Shown: positions 29,277-38,920, counted from the stretch's first letter. The stretch: 64,000 nt of DNA from Bdellovibrionales bacterium (GCA_031426555.1 JANPLN010000024.1:1-64000); one strand, 5' to 3'. A program made the numbers and translations. The notes: generated by a model not told the origin, from the letters alone.

Positions 29277-30532
29277 TTTAAATGCTCCGCACGAAGAAGG
29301 CGAACTCCCTCGGCTTGCAAAAGAGTTTCAAGCTCTTTGGCATGTTCAAAACTTGTAGTCTCAAGCAAAAAATCAATTCTTGTTTCGCGAACAGAAAGTT
29401 CGGAAGAGACGCGATCGTGCATCACATCTAAGATGTTGGCGCGGTTTTTTGCAAAAATGGCTGTGAGTTTTGCAAGCTCTCCCGGAAGGTCACTGGCGAT
29501 GACCGAAATGCGCGTATGCCGCCCTTTGCGGCGCAGACCGGTTTCGATCACGGCAAACATGGTGTTCATGTCGATGTTGCCACCGCAAACCAAAACCACT
29601 GTTGCACCATTATCAGTGGCATCCTTATCGTTCTTACTGACACCGTCTTTACTTGCGACAATCTTTCCCGACATCATTGCCGCCACACCGGCAGCTCCCG
29701 AACCTTCCACCACCAGTTTGTCTTTTTCCATCAGATTCACAATGGCCTCAGCGATTTCGTTATCACTCACCGAGACGATGCGATCCACGTAAGGATTAAT
29801 ATATGTGGCAAACATTTCGGGACTCGGTTTTTTTACGGCAATGCCATCGGCGATGGTGGAGACTTTTACTTTTTGTTCAGGCTTGCGCTGCTCTTTTAAA
29901 TCCATCATACCGGTGGTCTGATCGGTGACCACGCCGATGATTTCGCACTTTGGATGTAATTTTTTAATGACGTAGGCAATTCCGCCGATCAGGCCGCCGC
30001 CGCCGATGGGAACAATCACCTGCTTTATGTTTTCCATCTCCTCAAGAATTTCCAACCCAATTGTCCCTTGCCCAGCAATGACTTTTTGATCCTGGTAAGG
30101 ATGAATAAAAACCTGACCTTCGCTTTGTGCCGTTTGCATGGCTTTTTCGTAGGCCTGGTCGTAGTACTCGCCGTGCAAGATCACTTCGGCGCCATATTTT
30201 TGCGTGGCCAAAACTTTGATCATCGGCGCGGTTTCGGGCATGACGATGGTGGCTTTAACTCCGTGGATTTTTGCACCAAGGGCCACGCCCTGAGCGTGGT
30301 TACCGGCCGAGGAGGCGATCACTCCCTTGAGTTTTTCTTGCGGAGTTAAAAAACGCAGGCGATTTAAAGCTCCGCGAATTTTAAAGCTGCCAGTGATTTG
30401 TAAGTTTTCGCACTTATAATAAACGTTCCCTGCCAGCGAACGAGCTTTTCGCAGGGGTGTTTTTTCGATGTGGTTCTTTAAGTACTCACGGGCCTCTTGA
30501 ACCATTTGTAAATCAATGCTGAGTGAACTCAC
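29273..30532 (-). CDS. ilvA: Threonine dehydratase with C-terminal ACT domain
   Basis: KCENLQITGSFKIRGA (PLP lysine), SAGNHAQG, PIGGGGL, GGNID. Confidence 0.92.
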   Translation of the reverse strand: MSSLSIDLQMVQEAREYLKNHIEKTPLRKARSLAGNVYYKCENLQITGSFKIRGALNRLRFLTPQEKLKGVIASSAGNHAQGVALGAKIHGVKATIVMPETAPMIKVLATQKYGAEVILHGEYYDQAYEKAMQTAQSEGQVFIHPYQDQKVIAGQGTIGLEILEEMENIKQVIVPIGGGGLIGGIAYVIKKLHPKCEIIGVVTDQTTGMMDLKEQRKPEQKVKVSTIADGIAVKKPSPEMFATYINPYVDRIVSVSDNEIAEAIVNLMEKDKLVVEGSGAAGVAAMMSGKIVASKDGVSKNDKDATDNGATVVLVCGGNIDMNTMFAVIETGLRRKGRHTRISVIASDLPGELAKLTAIFAKNRANILDVMHDRVSSELSVRETRIDFLLETTSFEHAKELETLLQAEGVRLLRAEHLK

Positions 30533-31275
30533 CTGAAGTATATCTCCAAAAGCGAAGCCACTTTGAGGCTCGCGCCGCCAATCAAAAATCCATTCACCTC
30601 CGGCACGGATTCGATGTCACGCGCATTTTGCGAATTGACGCTGCCGCCATAGAGCAAAGGGATGGATTTTCCAATATCGCCCATTTTTTCAACAAGCTGC
30701 TTTCGTAAAAATTGATGAGCCTCGGTGATTTCAGCAAAGGTGGGAACTTTACCAGTGCCGATGGCCCAAACCGGCTCGTAGGCCACTGAAAACGGCGTAT
30801 TTAAATCAATGCTTTCAAGAACAGCTTTCAACTGCCCAGCAACCACTTCGAGAGTTTGACCTTGAGTTCGTTGTTGGGCGGTTTCGCCGATGCACACCAT
30901 GGGCGTGAGACCAGCTTGCTGCAAAGCTTTGCTCTTGAGTGCCACATCTTCGTTTGTCTCGCCAAAAAGGGTTCGGCGTTCGCTGTGTCCCACCAAGCAG
31001 GTGGTGCAGCCGAAGTCTTTGAGCATAGCGGCCGAAACTTCGCCAGTGAATGCCCCCGAGGCCTGTGCGCTGCAATTTTGAGCTCCATATCGAATCGGCA
31101 AAGCACTCATTTCGTTTTTGAATGGAGGTAAACTTAAAAAGGAGGGATAGAACTGGATTTCTCGGTCAGCCATGGGTTTGAATTGCAGCTTGAAGTCTTT
31201 GATAAACTCCAAAGTTTCGGCGGTGGTTTTATTCATCTTCCAATTAGCCGCGACAATAAATTTTTTGACCCTCAC
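30529..31275 (-). CDS. tpiA: Triosephosphate isomerase
   Basis: NWKMN, GHSERR, AYEPVWAIGTG, LYGGSV, GGASL. Confidence 0.98.
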   Translation of the reverse strand: MRVKKFIVAANWKMNKTTAETLEFIKDFKLQFKPMADREIQFYPSFLSLPPFKNEMSALPIRYGAQNCSAQASGAFTGEVSAAMLKDFGCTTCLVGHSERRTLFGETNEDVALKSKALQQAGLTPMVCIGETAQQRTQGQTLEVVAGQLKAVLESIDLNTPFSVAYEPVWAIGTGKVPTFAEITEAHQFLRKQLVEKMGDIGKSIPLLYGGSVNSQNARDIESVPEVNGFLIGGASLKVASLLEIYFR

Positions 31276-32477
31276 TGTGCCACCGGCATCACTCGCACGT
31301 CGAGAATGGCGAGACCTGGAAGTGTTTTACCTTCCATATACTCAAGACTTGCACCACCACCGGTTGATATGTGGCTTACCTGCGACGCAAAGCCAGAATC
31401 CACTGCGGCCGCTGCCGAATCGCCGCCACCGATCACCGAATAGCCGTCGGACTGTGCCACAGCTTTAGCAATGGCAAAAGAGCCCTTGTTAAAGGGGGCG
31501 GTTTCATAAACACCCATGGGACCATTCCAAAAAATAGTTTTGGCCTTTTTAATCACATCGCTAAAAAGAATTGCCGATTCCGGGCCGATGTCTGCACCCA
31601 GCCAACCCATTTCGATGCTTTGAACAGTTTTAGCTTCTTCGGGTTTGTCGAGTGATCTGGTCACGACGTGGTCAATGGGAAGAAGAATTTTTTTATCGCG
31701 CGCTTCCATTCGACCGATCAGATGTCGAGCGTAGTCGACCTGTTTCTCCTCCACCAAAGAATTGCCGACCGGCTCACCCTGAGCCTTTAAAAAAGTATAG
31801 GCCATGGCTCCTCCGACGATGATGGTATCGGCTTTATCGATAAAGTGCTCGATCACAGGAATTTTATCACTCACTTTGCTACCGCCCAAAATCAAGACAA
31901 ACGGAGCTTCTGGTTTTTCGCGCACGTTGGAAAGACATTTGATTTCTTTTTCGATCAAAAAACCAGCCACTTTAATTTTCATTGCTCGCGGAAGGGCGTC
32001 GATACTCGCATGGGCTCGGTGGCAACTGCCAAAGGCGTCGTTGACATAAACATCGCAGTAGCGCGCCCACTTTTGTGCAAGGGTTGCCGAGTTGCTTTCC
32101 TCGCCTTTATTAAAACGAAGATTTTCGAGGAGAATAATTTTATTAAATTTCCCTTCGGCCAAAAGCCCACGCGGGGCATCGGAGTCGGGAGCTTCAACAA
32201 GAACCACTTCGCGCCCCAGCTTTTGCGCCAAATCTTGCGCGACGGGTTCGAGAGAGTACTTTGCCCGATCCTCGGGGCCGTCCGTCTTCGGACGCCCCAT
32301 GTGCGAAGCCATCACCACGCGGGCCCCTTGCTCCAGCAAAAATTGGATGGAGGGCAAAGCCTCGCGAATTCGCGTGTCGTCTAAAATTTTTCCGTTTTTT
32401 ATGGGCACATTTAAATCAAGGCGAAGAAAAACTTTTTTATCTTTAAGATCCGTTAAATCTTTCAGAAAATTTATCAT
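31272..32477 (-). CDS. pgk: Phosphoglycerate kinase
   Basis: RLDLNVP, SHMGRP, LLENLRF, NDAFG, GGSKVSDK, STGGGASLE. Confidence 0.98.
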   Translation of the reverse strand: MINFLKDLTDLKDKKVFLRLDLNVPIKNGKILDDTRIREALPSIQFLLEQGARVVMASHMGRPKTDGPEDRAKYSLEPVAQDLAQKLGREVVLVEAPDSDAPRGLLAEGKFNKIILLENLRFNKGEESNSATLAQKWARYCDVYVNDAFGSCHRAHASIDALPRAMKIKVAGFLIEKEIKCLSNVREKPEAPFVLILGGSKVSDKIPVIEHFIDKADTIIVGGAMAYTFLKAQGEPVGNSLVEEKQVDYARHLIGRMEARDKKILLPIDHVVTRSLDKPEEAKTVQSIEMGWLGADIGPESAILFSDVIKKAKTIFWNGPMGVYETAPFNKGSFAIAKAVAQSDGYSVIGGGDSAAAAVDSGFASQVSHISTGGGASLEYMEGKTLPGLAILDVRVMPVAQ

Positions 32478-33491
32478 CTACCCACCAATTTTCTGAACAG
32501 AGTTCATATATAACAGAAGATCCACCATGCGCATCGAAAAGCCAAATTCGTTGTCGTACCACGCAAGCACTTTCATAAAGGTTTTGTCGAGAGCCACTGT
32601 GCTTGGAAGATCCACGATGGAGCTGTGAGGGTTGCCGTTAAAGTCGATGCTCACAAGCTCTTTCGACTCGCAGGCTAAAATTCCCTTGAGTTCCCCCTGG
32701 GAGGCGGCAATCAAAGCCTGATTCACTTCTTCCACCGTGGCATTTTTGGATAAAATCACGTTGAGGTCCACCAAACTGACGTTGGGCGTGGGAACACGAA
32801 TGGAAATACCGTGAATTTTGCCTTTGAGCTCGGGTAAGACTTCGCCCACAGCTTTCGCCGCCCCTGTGGTTGTGGGAATCATCGATGTGGATGCGGTTCG
32901 CGCGCGACGCGGATCGGAGTGGTAGCTATCGAGGATGCGCTGATCGTTGGTAAAGGCGTGAACGGTTGTCATCAAGGCGCGTTCAATGCCGAAAGTTTCG
33001 TGAAGTACTTTTGCCACCGGAGTGAGGCAGTTGGTTGTGCACGAAGCATTGCTGACCACATGGTGTTTGCTTGGATCGTATTTTTTGTGATTGATTCCAT
33101 AAACAAAAGTGGCGTCCACTTTGGCGGGCGACGAGACGATCACTTTCTTAGCACCGGCGTCCAAGTGACCTTGATTTTCTTTTGAATCTTTAAAAGCGCC
33201 CGTGCATTCAAGCACCACATCGGCGCCCCATTTTTTCCATGGAATCTGCGAAGGCTCGCGCTCGCACGAAAATGGAATTTTTTTGCCATCCACAGTGATG
33301 GAGTTTTCGTCAGAGGTGACATTTTTTTGATAAATACCGTGGGAGCTATCGTATTTGAACAGATGCGCTTGCTCTTCGGGTGTGCCGGAAGAGTTGTTAA
33401 TGCCAACGATCTCTACCTGATCAAAAGCGGCACGAAAAAGAATACGACCAATGCGACCAAAACCATTTATTCCCACGCGGACCTTGGACAT
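32478..33491 (-). CDS. gap: Glyceraldehyde-3-phosphate dehydrogenase type I
   Basis: GINGFGRIGR, SNASCTTNC, WYDNE; GAAGGAG RBS before the ATG at 33491. Confidence 0.98.
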   Translation of the reverse strand: MSKVRVGINGFGRIGRILFRAAFDQVEIVGINNSSGTPEEQAHLFKYDSSHGIYQKNVTSDENSITVDGKKIPFSCEREPSQIPWKKWGADVVLECTGAFKDSKENQGHLDAGAKKVIVSSPAKVDATFVYGINHKKYDPSKHHVVSNASCTTNCLTPVAKVLHETFGIERALMTTVHAFTNDQRILDSYHSDPRRARTASTSMIPTTTGAAKAVGEVLPELKGKIHGISIRVPTPNVSLVDLNVILSKNATVEEVNQALIAASQGELKGILACESKELVSIDFNGNPHSSIVDLPSTVALDKTFMKVLAWYDNEFGFSMRMVDLLLYMNSVQKIGG

Positions 33492-33600
33492 ACGAATCTC
33501 CTTCAATTTTCAATTCAACAATGATGGCGTAGTTGTAAGCGACAGGCGCTGATCTGTCCATAAAAAACTGACGAAAACCTAACCAAACCGGCGAGTGGTG

Positions 33601-34428
33601 TTACAGTCCTGCTAGAGGCAACTTGGGAAACATTTTCTCGGCGTTTGCGAGCATTTGTTTGGAAAAATCCTGCAGGTTCATGTTTTTTAGCTGCGCTACA
33701 AATTGCGCCGTAAAAATCACATACTGTGGAGAGTTTTTCACTCCGCGAAATGGCGCGGGAGTCAAAAAGGGCGAGTCGGTCTCCACATGCAAACGATCCA
33801 CAGGAACAGTTTCGGCGATTTTTCTGAGGGCTTCGGCATTTTTAAACGTCACGATGCCACTCAACGAAATATTATATCCCAGTTTTAAGCACTCATCAGC
33901 AAGGTACTGGGTGCCAGTGAAACAATGAATCACGCCGCGAACGCGGCCTGCAAATTTTTGTAAAATCTCCACTGTGTCTTCATCCGCATCGCGGGTATGA
34001 ATTTCTACCGGTAGGTTTAATTTTTCTGCCAAAGCCAATTGGCGTTCAAACGCAACTTTCTGCTCCGCGGGTTCGGAATTCTTGTAAAAATAATCCAACC
34101 CCATTTCACCCAAAGCCACAACATGCGGTTGAGTTGCATTTTTTAAAATAAAGGCTTCGATGTCGTCAGTGTAAAGTTTGGCCTCGTGAGGATGAATCCC
34201 CAACGTACAGCAAACAATGGGGTAATGTTTTGTCGCGATATCTAAAACGACCTGTAAATCATTGGGCTCGGTGCCAATGGTGATCACGCGCTTCACACCT
34301 GCCGCTGCAGCTTTTTGCAAAGACACCTCAACAGTGTCCTCCAAAAAATTAAGATGAGCGTGAATATCCACCCAGGTGTATTGAGCCAGTTCGGGATTTT
34401 TTTGTAGCTCGGTTTCAATTTGCGGCAT
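33601..34428 (-). CDS. tatD: TatD-family deoxyribonuclease
   Basis: DIHAHL, GIHPH, GEMGLDY, IHTRDA, HCFTG, ETDSPFL. Confidence 0.95.
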   Translation of the reverse strand: MPQIETELQKNPELAQYTWVDIHAHLNFLEDTVEVSLQKAAAAGVKRVITIGTEPNDLQVVLDIATKHYPIVCCTLGIHPHEAKLYTDDIEAFILKNATQPHVVALGEMGLDYFYKNSEPAEQKVAFERQLALAEKLNLPVEIHTRDADEDTVEILQKFAGRVRGVIHCFTGTQYLADECLKLGYNISLSGIVTFKNAEALRKIAETVPVDRLHVETDSPFLTPAPFRGVKNSPQYVIFTAQFVAQLKNMNLQDFSKQMLANAEKMFPKLPLAGL

Positions 34429-35344
34429 TGGACTCCAAACGAATCGAAAACTGATCCAATAAAAGGTGTTTGTCCACGTTGGCTTGCCAGTCTTGGCGAA
34501 ACTGAAAAACCTCGTCCATCAACGACGTTATATTTTTACTTTCGGAAAATTTTTGCGCAAAGGTGCGGATGTCTTCGTTGTAGATCACTTGCTCGCTTCC
34601 TTCGCGCAAAACATAGGCGTCGCGCAGGTAAGTCATCCAAGAATGAATGACAAACTCAGCAGACTCCGGCTGTGCCAAACAACTTTGTAACTCTTCAAAT
34701 GCCGCTTTATTCTGCGAGCTGTGCAAAAAATTAATGGCGGCCTGGCGAACGGTCTGCCATTCTTCCTGCATCATTTTTTTGGCTAAACTGACACGCCCAA
34801 AGCTCCAATGAATTTGCCATGGCTCAATGCCGGGAACTATTTTTTGTAAGAGCTCCGCACTGAGTGGCGAAAAGCCCATCACTTGGCAGCGCGAACGAAT
34901 CGTCGGCAGAACCTGCGAAAGGTTCGACGTGATCAAAACAAAATGCACGCCGGCCGGAGGCTCTTCGAGGGTTTTTAAAACGGCGTTAGCCGCTTGTAGG
35001 GTCATGCGTTCCACATGATTGATCACCACAAAGCGATGGCGCACCCACGATGTGAGAGAGGTAAACTGAATCATATCGCGGATGGACTCAATCTTCACCT
35101 TGTCGTTTTGCAGCTCCACCTCGTGCAAAAAGAGTTCTTTCGAAGTGAGGATTTTCAAGCACGAGTCGCAGATTCCGCAGGCCGTGGATGACTGACAATT
35201 GAGCTCCTGAAGAAGCGCTTTCGCCAGTTGCTTTTTGCCGATGCCCTCAGGGCCCGAGAAGATCACGCTTTTAAAAAAAACCTTTTGCATGGTTTGCGAT
35301 AAAAGTTTTTCTTTTAAAACGTCATGGCCTAAAATGGCGTCCAT
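34415..35344 (-). CDS. holB: DNA polymerase III delta-prime subunit
   Basis: GPEGIGKK, C..CGICDSC, AANAVLKTLEEPP, LPTIRSRC; located in a tmk-holB-tatD cluster. Confidence 0.93.
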   Translation of the reverse strand: MDAILGHDVLKEKLLSQTMQKVFFKSVIFSGPEGIGKKQLAKALLQELNCQSSTACGICDSCLKILTSKELFLHEVELQNDKVKIESIRDMIQFTSLTSWVRHRFVVINHVERMTLQAANAVLKTLEEPPAGVHFVLITSNLSQVLPTIRSRCQVMGFSPLSAELLQKIVPGIEPWQIHWSFGRVSLAKKMMQEEWQTVRQAAINFLHSSQNKAAFEELQSCLAQPESAEFVIHSWMTYLRDAYVLREGSEQVIYNEDIRTFAQKFSESKNITSLMDEVFQFRQDWQANVDKHLLLDQFSIRLESNAAN

Positions 35345-35997
35345 CAATCGAGCCATTTTTTTCCTCGCAAGCATTTTAATACTTCGTCAAAAAGTTGATC
35401 GGGAGTTAAAAATCCATCGAGTACAAGCCAGCGATCTGGATCTTCATTGGCTTGCGCTAAATATCCCTGTCGCACTTTTTCGTGGAATGCTGAGTTTTCT
35501 TTTTCCATGCGATCCTGCTCTGTGCCGCTGGCGGCGGTGCGTTTTTGGATGCGCTTGGCACTCTCTTCCACCGGAATATCTATAAAGATGACGAGATTGG
35601 GCTCTAGGCCCTCGCTGGCATAGCGGTTCAGCCAGTTGATGTCTTCGCGCTGAAGTTCGCGGGCGTAACACTGAAAAGCGATGGTGCTCGAATAAAAACG
35701 ATCGCTCAACACCCAGGTTTTTTGTGCGAGGAAAGGGCGAATCTTTTCGCTCACCAACTGAGCGCGAGCGGCCTGATACAGCAAAACTTCGGTGCGCGAT
35801 GCTGGCGACCATACGGGATCTAAGACGAGGTTTCGCAGTTTTTCGCCCAAGCTGGTGCTGCCTGGATCGCGAACCAGCTCTACTTTTCGAGATTGTTTCT
35901 GTGACTCGGTTGGCTGTGTCTGTAAATAGGTCTGAACCTTCTGGATTAAAGTCGATTTACCTGCACCGTCGAGACCTTCGAAAACAATAAACTTCAT
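35344..35997 (-). CDS. tmk: Thymidylate kinase
   Basis: FIVFEGLDGAGKST, SDRFYSST.A.Q, DRME. Confidence 0.96.
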   Translation of the reverse strand: MKFIVFEGLDGAGKSTLIQKVQTYLQTQPTESQKQSRKVELVRDPGSTSLGEKLRNLVLDPVWSPASRTEVLLYQAARAQLVSEKIRPFLAQKTWVLSDRFYSSTIAFQCYARELQREDINWLNRYASEGLEPNLVIFIDIPVEESAKRIQKRTAASGTEQDRMEKENSAFHEKVRQGYLAQANEDPDRWLVLDGFLTPDQLFDEVLKCLRGKKWLD

Positions 35998-36073
35998 ACA
36001 AATCCAATGTTAATTAGTATCTGAATAACATAGAGGCCTTGATTATCAACGCCATTTTACCGATAGAATAGCA

Positions 36074-37006
36074 ATGGCATTAGATAGAATTCGTATTATT
36101 GTTGCAGATCCCAATTCCACTTCGAGCAAACGCCTTGCTGGTTACCTGCAAGACAGTGGCTTTGAGGTCTACACTCTTTCCGATGGCCTTACTTTGGGAC
36201 AAAAGATTTTAGAAATCCGCCCCAACTTTATAATCATTGATATGACAATGCCCGAGTTTCCCGCAATTAAGTGCCTGCAATTTTTGCAAGAAAATAAAAT
36301 GTTGGGCGACGGGTCTTTGAAAGTGATTGTTGTTTCGCAACATAACGCCAAGCAGAATGTTGACGCCTGCTTAAAAGCTGGGGCCAGTGACTATGTGGTT
36401 AAGCCGATAAATCCCATGGATATCTTAACTCGCATCGCACTTCATCTGCAGGCCCGCAGACACGTAGAAGATGAAGCTTTGATAAAATCCCTGGAGCTCA
36501 AACAGGCCAACTACTACCTCGAGCTCGCTGAGCTATTAGTAAAAACAATCGGCGTTCGTACCCGACCTCACCAAATCCACTTTCAGCTACTGCGCATGGT
36601 TTCCATGGCCATGGGAGCCGTCCGAGTTTCGTTAATCAAACTGGGCGAAAGCCCGACGGTGATTGCCTCCAGCGACAATGACAAGTTCACGCAATTCTCC
36701 CTGCAAATTCAAAAGTATCCCGAGATCGACTATGTGCAAAGAACAGAGCGACCTCTGTTTATAGAAAGCATCAAAGACGACGACATGATGGGTTTTATTA
36801 AAGACCAAATGAAGTCCATTTATTTTAATTCCATGGTTGTTCTTCCCATTTTTAGCGATGGAAATCTGCAGGGAATTCTTTCTGCACGAATGCCCGAGTC
36901 GACCCATCTTAACATGGCAGATATTAAACTTTGCCAGATTGCTGCACAGGTCATCGGGAGCTATTGGCAGCTTCAGCCTATCAAATCGGCCTCCAAAGCC
37001 GCGTAG
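36074..37006 (+). CDS. Response regulator (REC + GAF-like domain)
   Basis: REC (IIIDMTMP, GASDYVVKP) followed by a GAF-like region (SMVVLPIFSDGNLQGIL). Confidence 0.85.
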   Translation: MALDRIRIIVADPNSTSSKRLAGYLQDSGFEVYTLSDGLTLGQKILEIRPNFIIIDMTMPEFPAIKCLQFLQENKMLGDGSLKVIVVSQHNAKQNVDACLKAGASDYVVKPINPMDILTRIALHLQARRHVEDEALIKSLELKQANYYLELAELLVKTIGVRTRPHQIHFQLLRMVSMAMGAVRVSLIKLGESPTVIASSDNDKFTQFSLQIQKYPEIDYVQRTERPLFIESIKDDDMMGFIKDQMKSIYFNSMVVLPIFSDGNLQGILSARMPESTHLNMADIKLCQIAAQVIGSYWQLQPIKSASKAA

Positions 37007-37083
37007 CGTTGCGACGCAACCCCTTTTAGTATTTGCGCCCTAAGCCAAGGCCTTTTATATTCAATTTCTTTTGGAGGAACTTA

Positions 37084-37485
37084 ATGGCTACGACTCTTGC
37101 AGTTTTACACATCATCGTTTGTGTTTTTTTAATTCTTTTGATCATGATTCAGGATCCAAAAGGTGGTGGCTCTGGAATCTTTAGTGGTGGCGGTTCAAAC
37201 TCCATTCTCGGTAGTTCCGGCGGCGCCGATTTTTTAACCAAAGCCACGCGCTACATGGCCGTCGCATTTGGTGTTTTGTGTATTGCACTCACAATTTTCT
37301 CGCGTCCCACAAAAACTGGCGTCTTTTCGGATGTAACCACCATACCGGTAGAAGCCGCAGCACCGGTTGAAAAACCGATGGATGGCGCAGCCGCGGGAAC
37401 TACTGCGACACCTGCGACACAACCAGCTACGCCAGCGGCGCAAACCCCCCCGCCAGCGGCGCAACCTACAAGCACGAATAAATAG
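37084..37485 (+). CDS. secG: Preprotein translocase subunit SecG
   Basis: LILLIMIQDPKGGG.GIFSGG, FLTKAT; GGAGG RBS; Pro/Ala-rich tail. Confidence 0.92.
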   Translation: MATTLAVLHIIVCVFLILLIMIQDPKGGGSGIFSGGGSNSILGSSGGADFLTKATRYMAVAFGVLCIALTIFSRPTKTGVFSDVTTIPVEAAAPVEKPMDGAAAGTTATPATQPATPAAQTPPPAAQPTSTNK

Positions 37486-37493
37486 ACCCTCGA

Positions 37494-38327
37494 ATGCTGC
37501 TAAGAACACACTGGTTTTGGATCATAGGTGTCGGAGCTGCACTCGCTTGTTTGTTGGTCTTACCTCCAACATGGATCGAATCGTACTTCGGCCCCTCCAA
37601 CAGCTCAGAAAAAGTGCGCGTTGTGGTCGATTTTTACGGTAAGGTTGAAAAACGCTCGGCTCTGATGACAGGTCAAGATTCTGTTGCAAAAAACACCGAG
37701 ATTCAAAATGGCGATGTGGTGATGACCTTCGAAGACAGCAAGGTGCTACTTGGTTTTAACCCCACGTTCTGGCTCCTCCCCTACTCAAAAATGGAATTTG
37801 TAAAAGTGAATACCCAATGGAACGGTCGCTTGGTTTACGGCGAAGTCCGCAAAATCGAGTCCAAGGAAGACACTAAAAACCCGCCCATCGAGTTATTTTA
37901 TAATCAAGAGCGTATCGTCGACACTGAGTTTTCATCTTCGCGCGATGTGATCGTGGCCACTCTTGTCGGCCCCACGAGCGAGGGCTTTCAGGACATCGCG
38001 GGCCAAGAAGCAGCCCCGCAAAACAGTATCGAAAAACAAATTTTTCAAACGCTGCTGCTGCATAAAAAGTTTTTCCAAAGCTGCTTCATCAAATACTATA
38101 AAAATAAACCCGGCGAAAACATCCGCAGCGGAGAAACAGTTTTTGATCTCCTGATCGACGTCACCGGAACCATCGAGTCCGCCACCGTCACACGCTCCGA
38201 CATCAGCGACAAATACTACATGCAATGTTTGCAAATGGTTTTCGCCCGCATGCGGTTTAAAAACTTCCAAGCCACGGAGTCATTCCACGCCCTCTTCCCA
38301 CTGCAAGTGGAACTTCCAACCAACTAA
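37494..38327 (+). CDS. Membrane-anchored protein with FecR-like middle region and TonB-C/AgmX-PglI-like C-terminal domain
   Basis: N-terminal TM; IQNGDVVMTFEDSKV; C-terminal FQSCF...GETVFDLLIDVTGTI..A....SDI....MQCL...F..MRF. Confidence 0.65.
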   Translation: MLLRTHWFWIIGVGAALACLLVLPPTWIESYFGPSNSSEKVRVVVDFYGKVEKRSALMTGQDSVAKNTEIQNGDVVMTFEDSKVLLGFNPTFWLLPYSKMEFVKVNTQWNGRLVYGEVRKIESKEDTKNPPIELFYNQERIVDTEFSSSRDVIVATLVGPTSEGFQDIAGQEAAPQNSIEKQIFQTLLLHKKFFQSCFIKYYKNKPGENIRSGETVFDLLIDVTGTIESATVTRSDISDKYYMQCLQMVFARMRFKNFQATESFHALFPLQVELPTN

Positions 38328-38342
38328 CTTTTTTACTACGTT

Positions 38343-38470
38343 TTTTCTCTTGCGACTCCAAACTTCTCTTTTTAGGACGCGGACTCGTGTCCTCGCTCGT
38401 TTCGGCTTCGCCGATCGCGTCACGCTAACGAGAGGTCCGAAAAAGAGAAGTTTGGAGTCGCAAGAGAAAA
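38343..38470 (+). repeat. Fold-back element B: 36-bp inverted arms (1 mismatch) around a 56-nt structured core
   Basis: Arms 38343-38378 and 38435-38470; core GCGGACTCGTGTCCTCGCTCGTTTCGGCTTCGCCGATCGCGTCACGCTAACGAGAG. Confidence 0.95.
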
Positions 38471-38739
38471 TGAACCAAATCAACATGATTGCAAAAGTTC
38501 CCATGCCGTTAAGTGCCTCAAAATTTACCCACATACCTGGACGCAATGGGAGACTCCGTTTAGTGCCCAACAATTTTTCATGCATTTGGATTTAGTATAA
38601 AAGCTATTAAGTCCCCAAATGACAATCAGAGTATGAAACTTTTGAACATTCAGATTCGAGTGACGTTTTGTTTGCGAAAGTAAATCGTTCGTAACTTTTT
38701 CAAGAGGCGAATGATTATTTTGAAGTTTTAGGTAGGTTT

Positions 38740-38915
38740 TTTTCTTCGGTTTAAGTTTTTCTTATTTTTGCAATTTTTCAAAGTCTCTCTTTTTAGAACC
38801 TCTCGTTAGCGTGACGCGATCGGCGCAGCCGAAACGAGCGAGGGCACGAGCCCGCGGTCTAAAAAGAGAGACTTTGAAAAATTGCAAAAATAAGAAAAAC
38901 TTAAACCGAAGAAAA
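38740..38915 (-). repeat. Fold-back element C: perfect 58-bp inverted arms around an inverted copy of the element-B core
   Basis: Arms 38740-38797 and 38858-38915 are exact reverse complements. The reverse complement of 38798-38857 matches 38377-38436 at 56/60 positions. Confidence 0.95.
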
Positions 38916-38920
38916 CGATG

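Noticed and set aside
37370..37485. Pro/Ala/Thr low-complexity tail of SecG (and the similar tail at about 59640-59850)
   Set aside because: Ordinary disordered tails with no exact nucleotide repeat unit.
38379..38434. Possible tRNA, given the multi-hairpin core near secG where a tRNA-Leu often lies
   Set aside because: No T-loop GTTCRA, no D-loop pattern, no 7-nt anticodon loop or CCA end; too short.
8061..38915. Elements A-C as a CRISPR array, integron attC sites or IS ends
   Set aside because: They are not direct repeats with regular spacers, there is no cassette organisation or integrase, and no transposase or evident target-site duplication.
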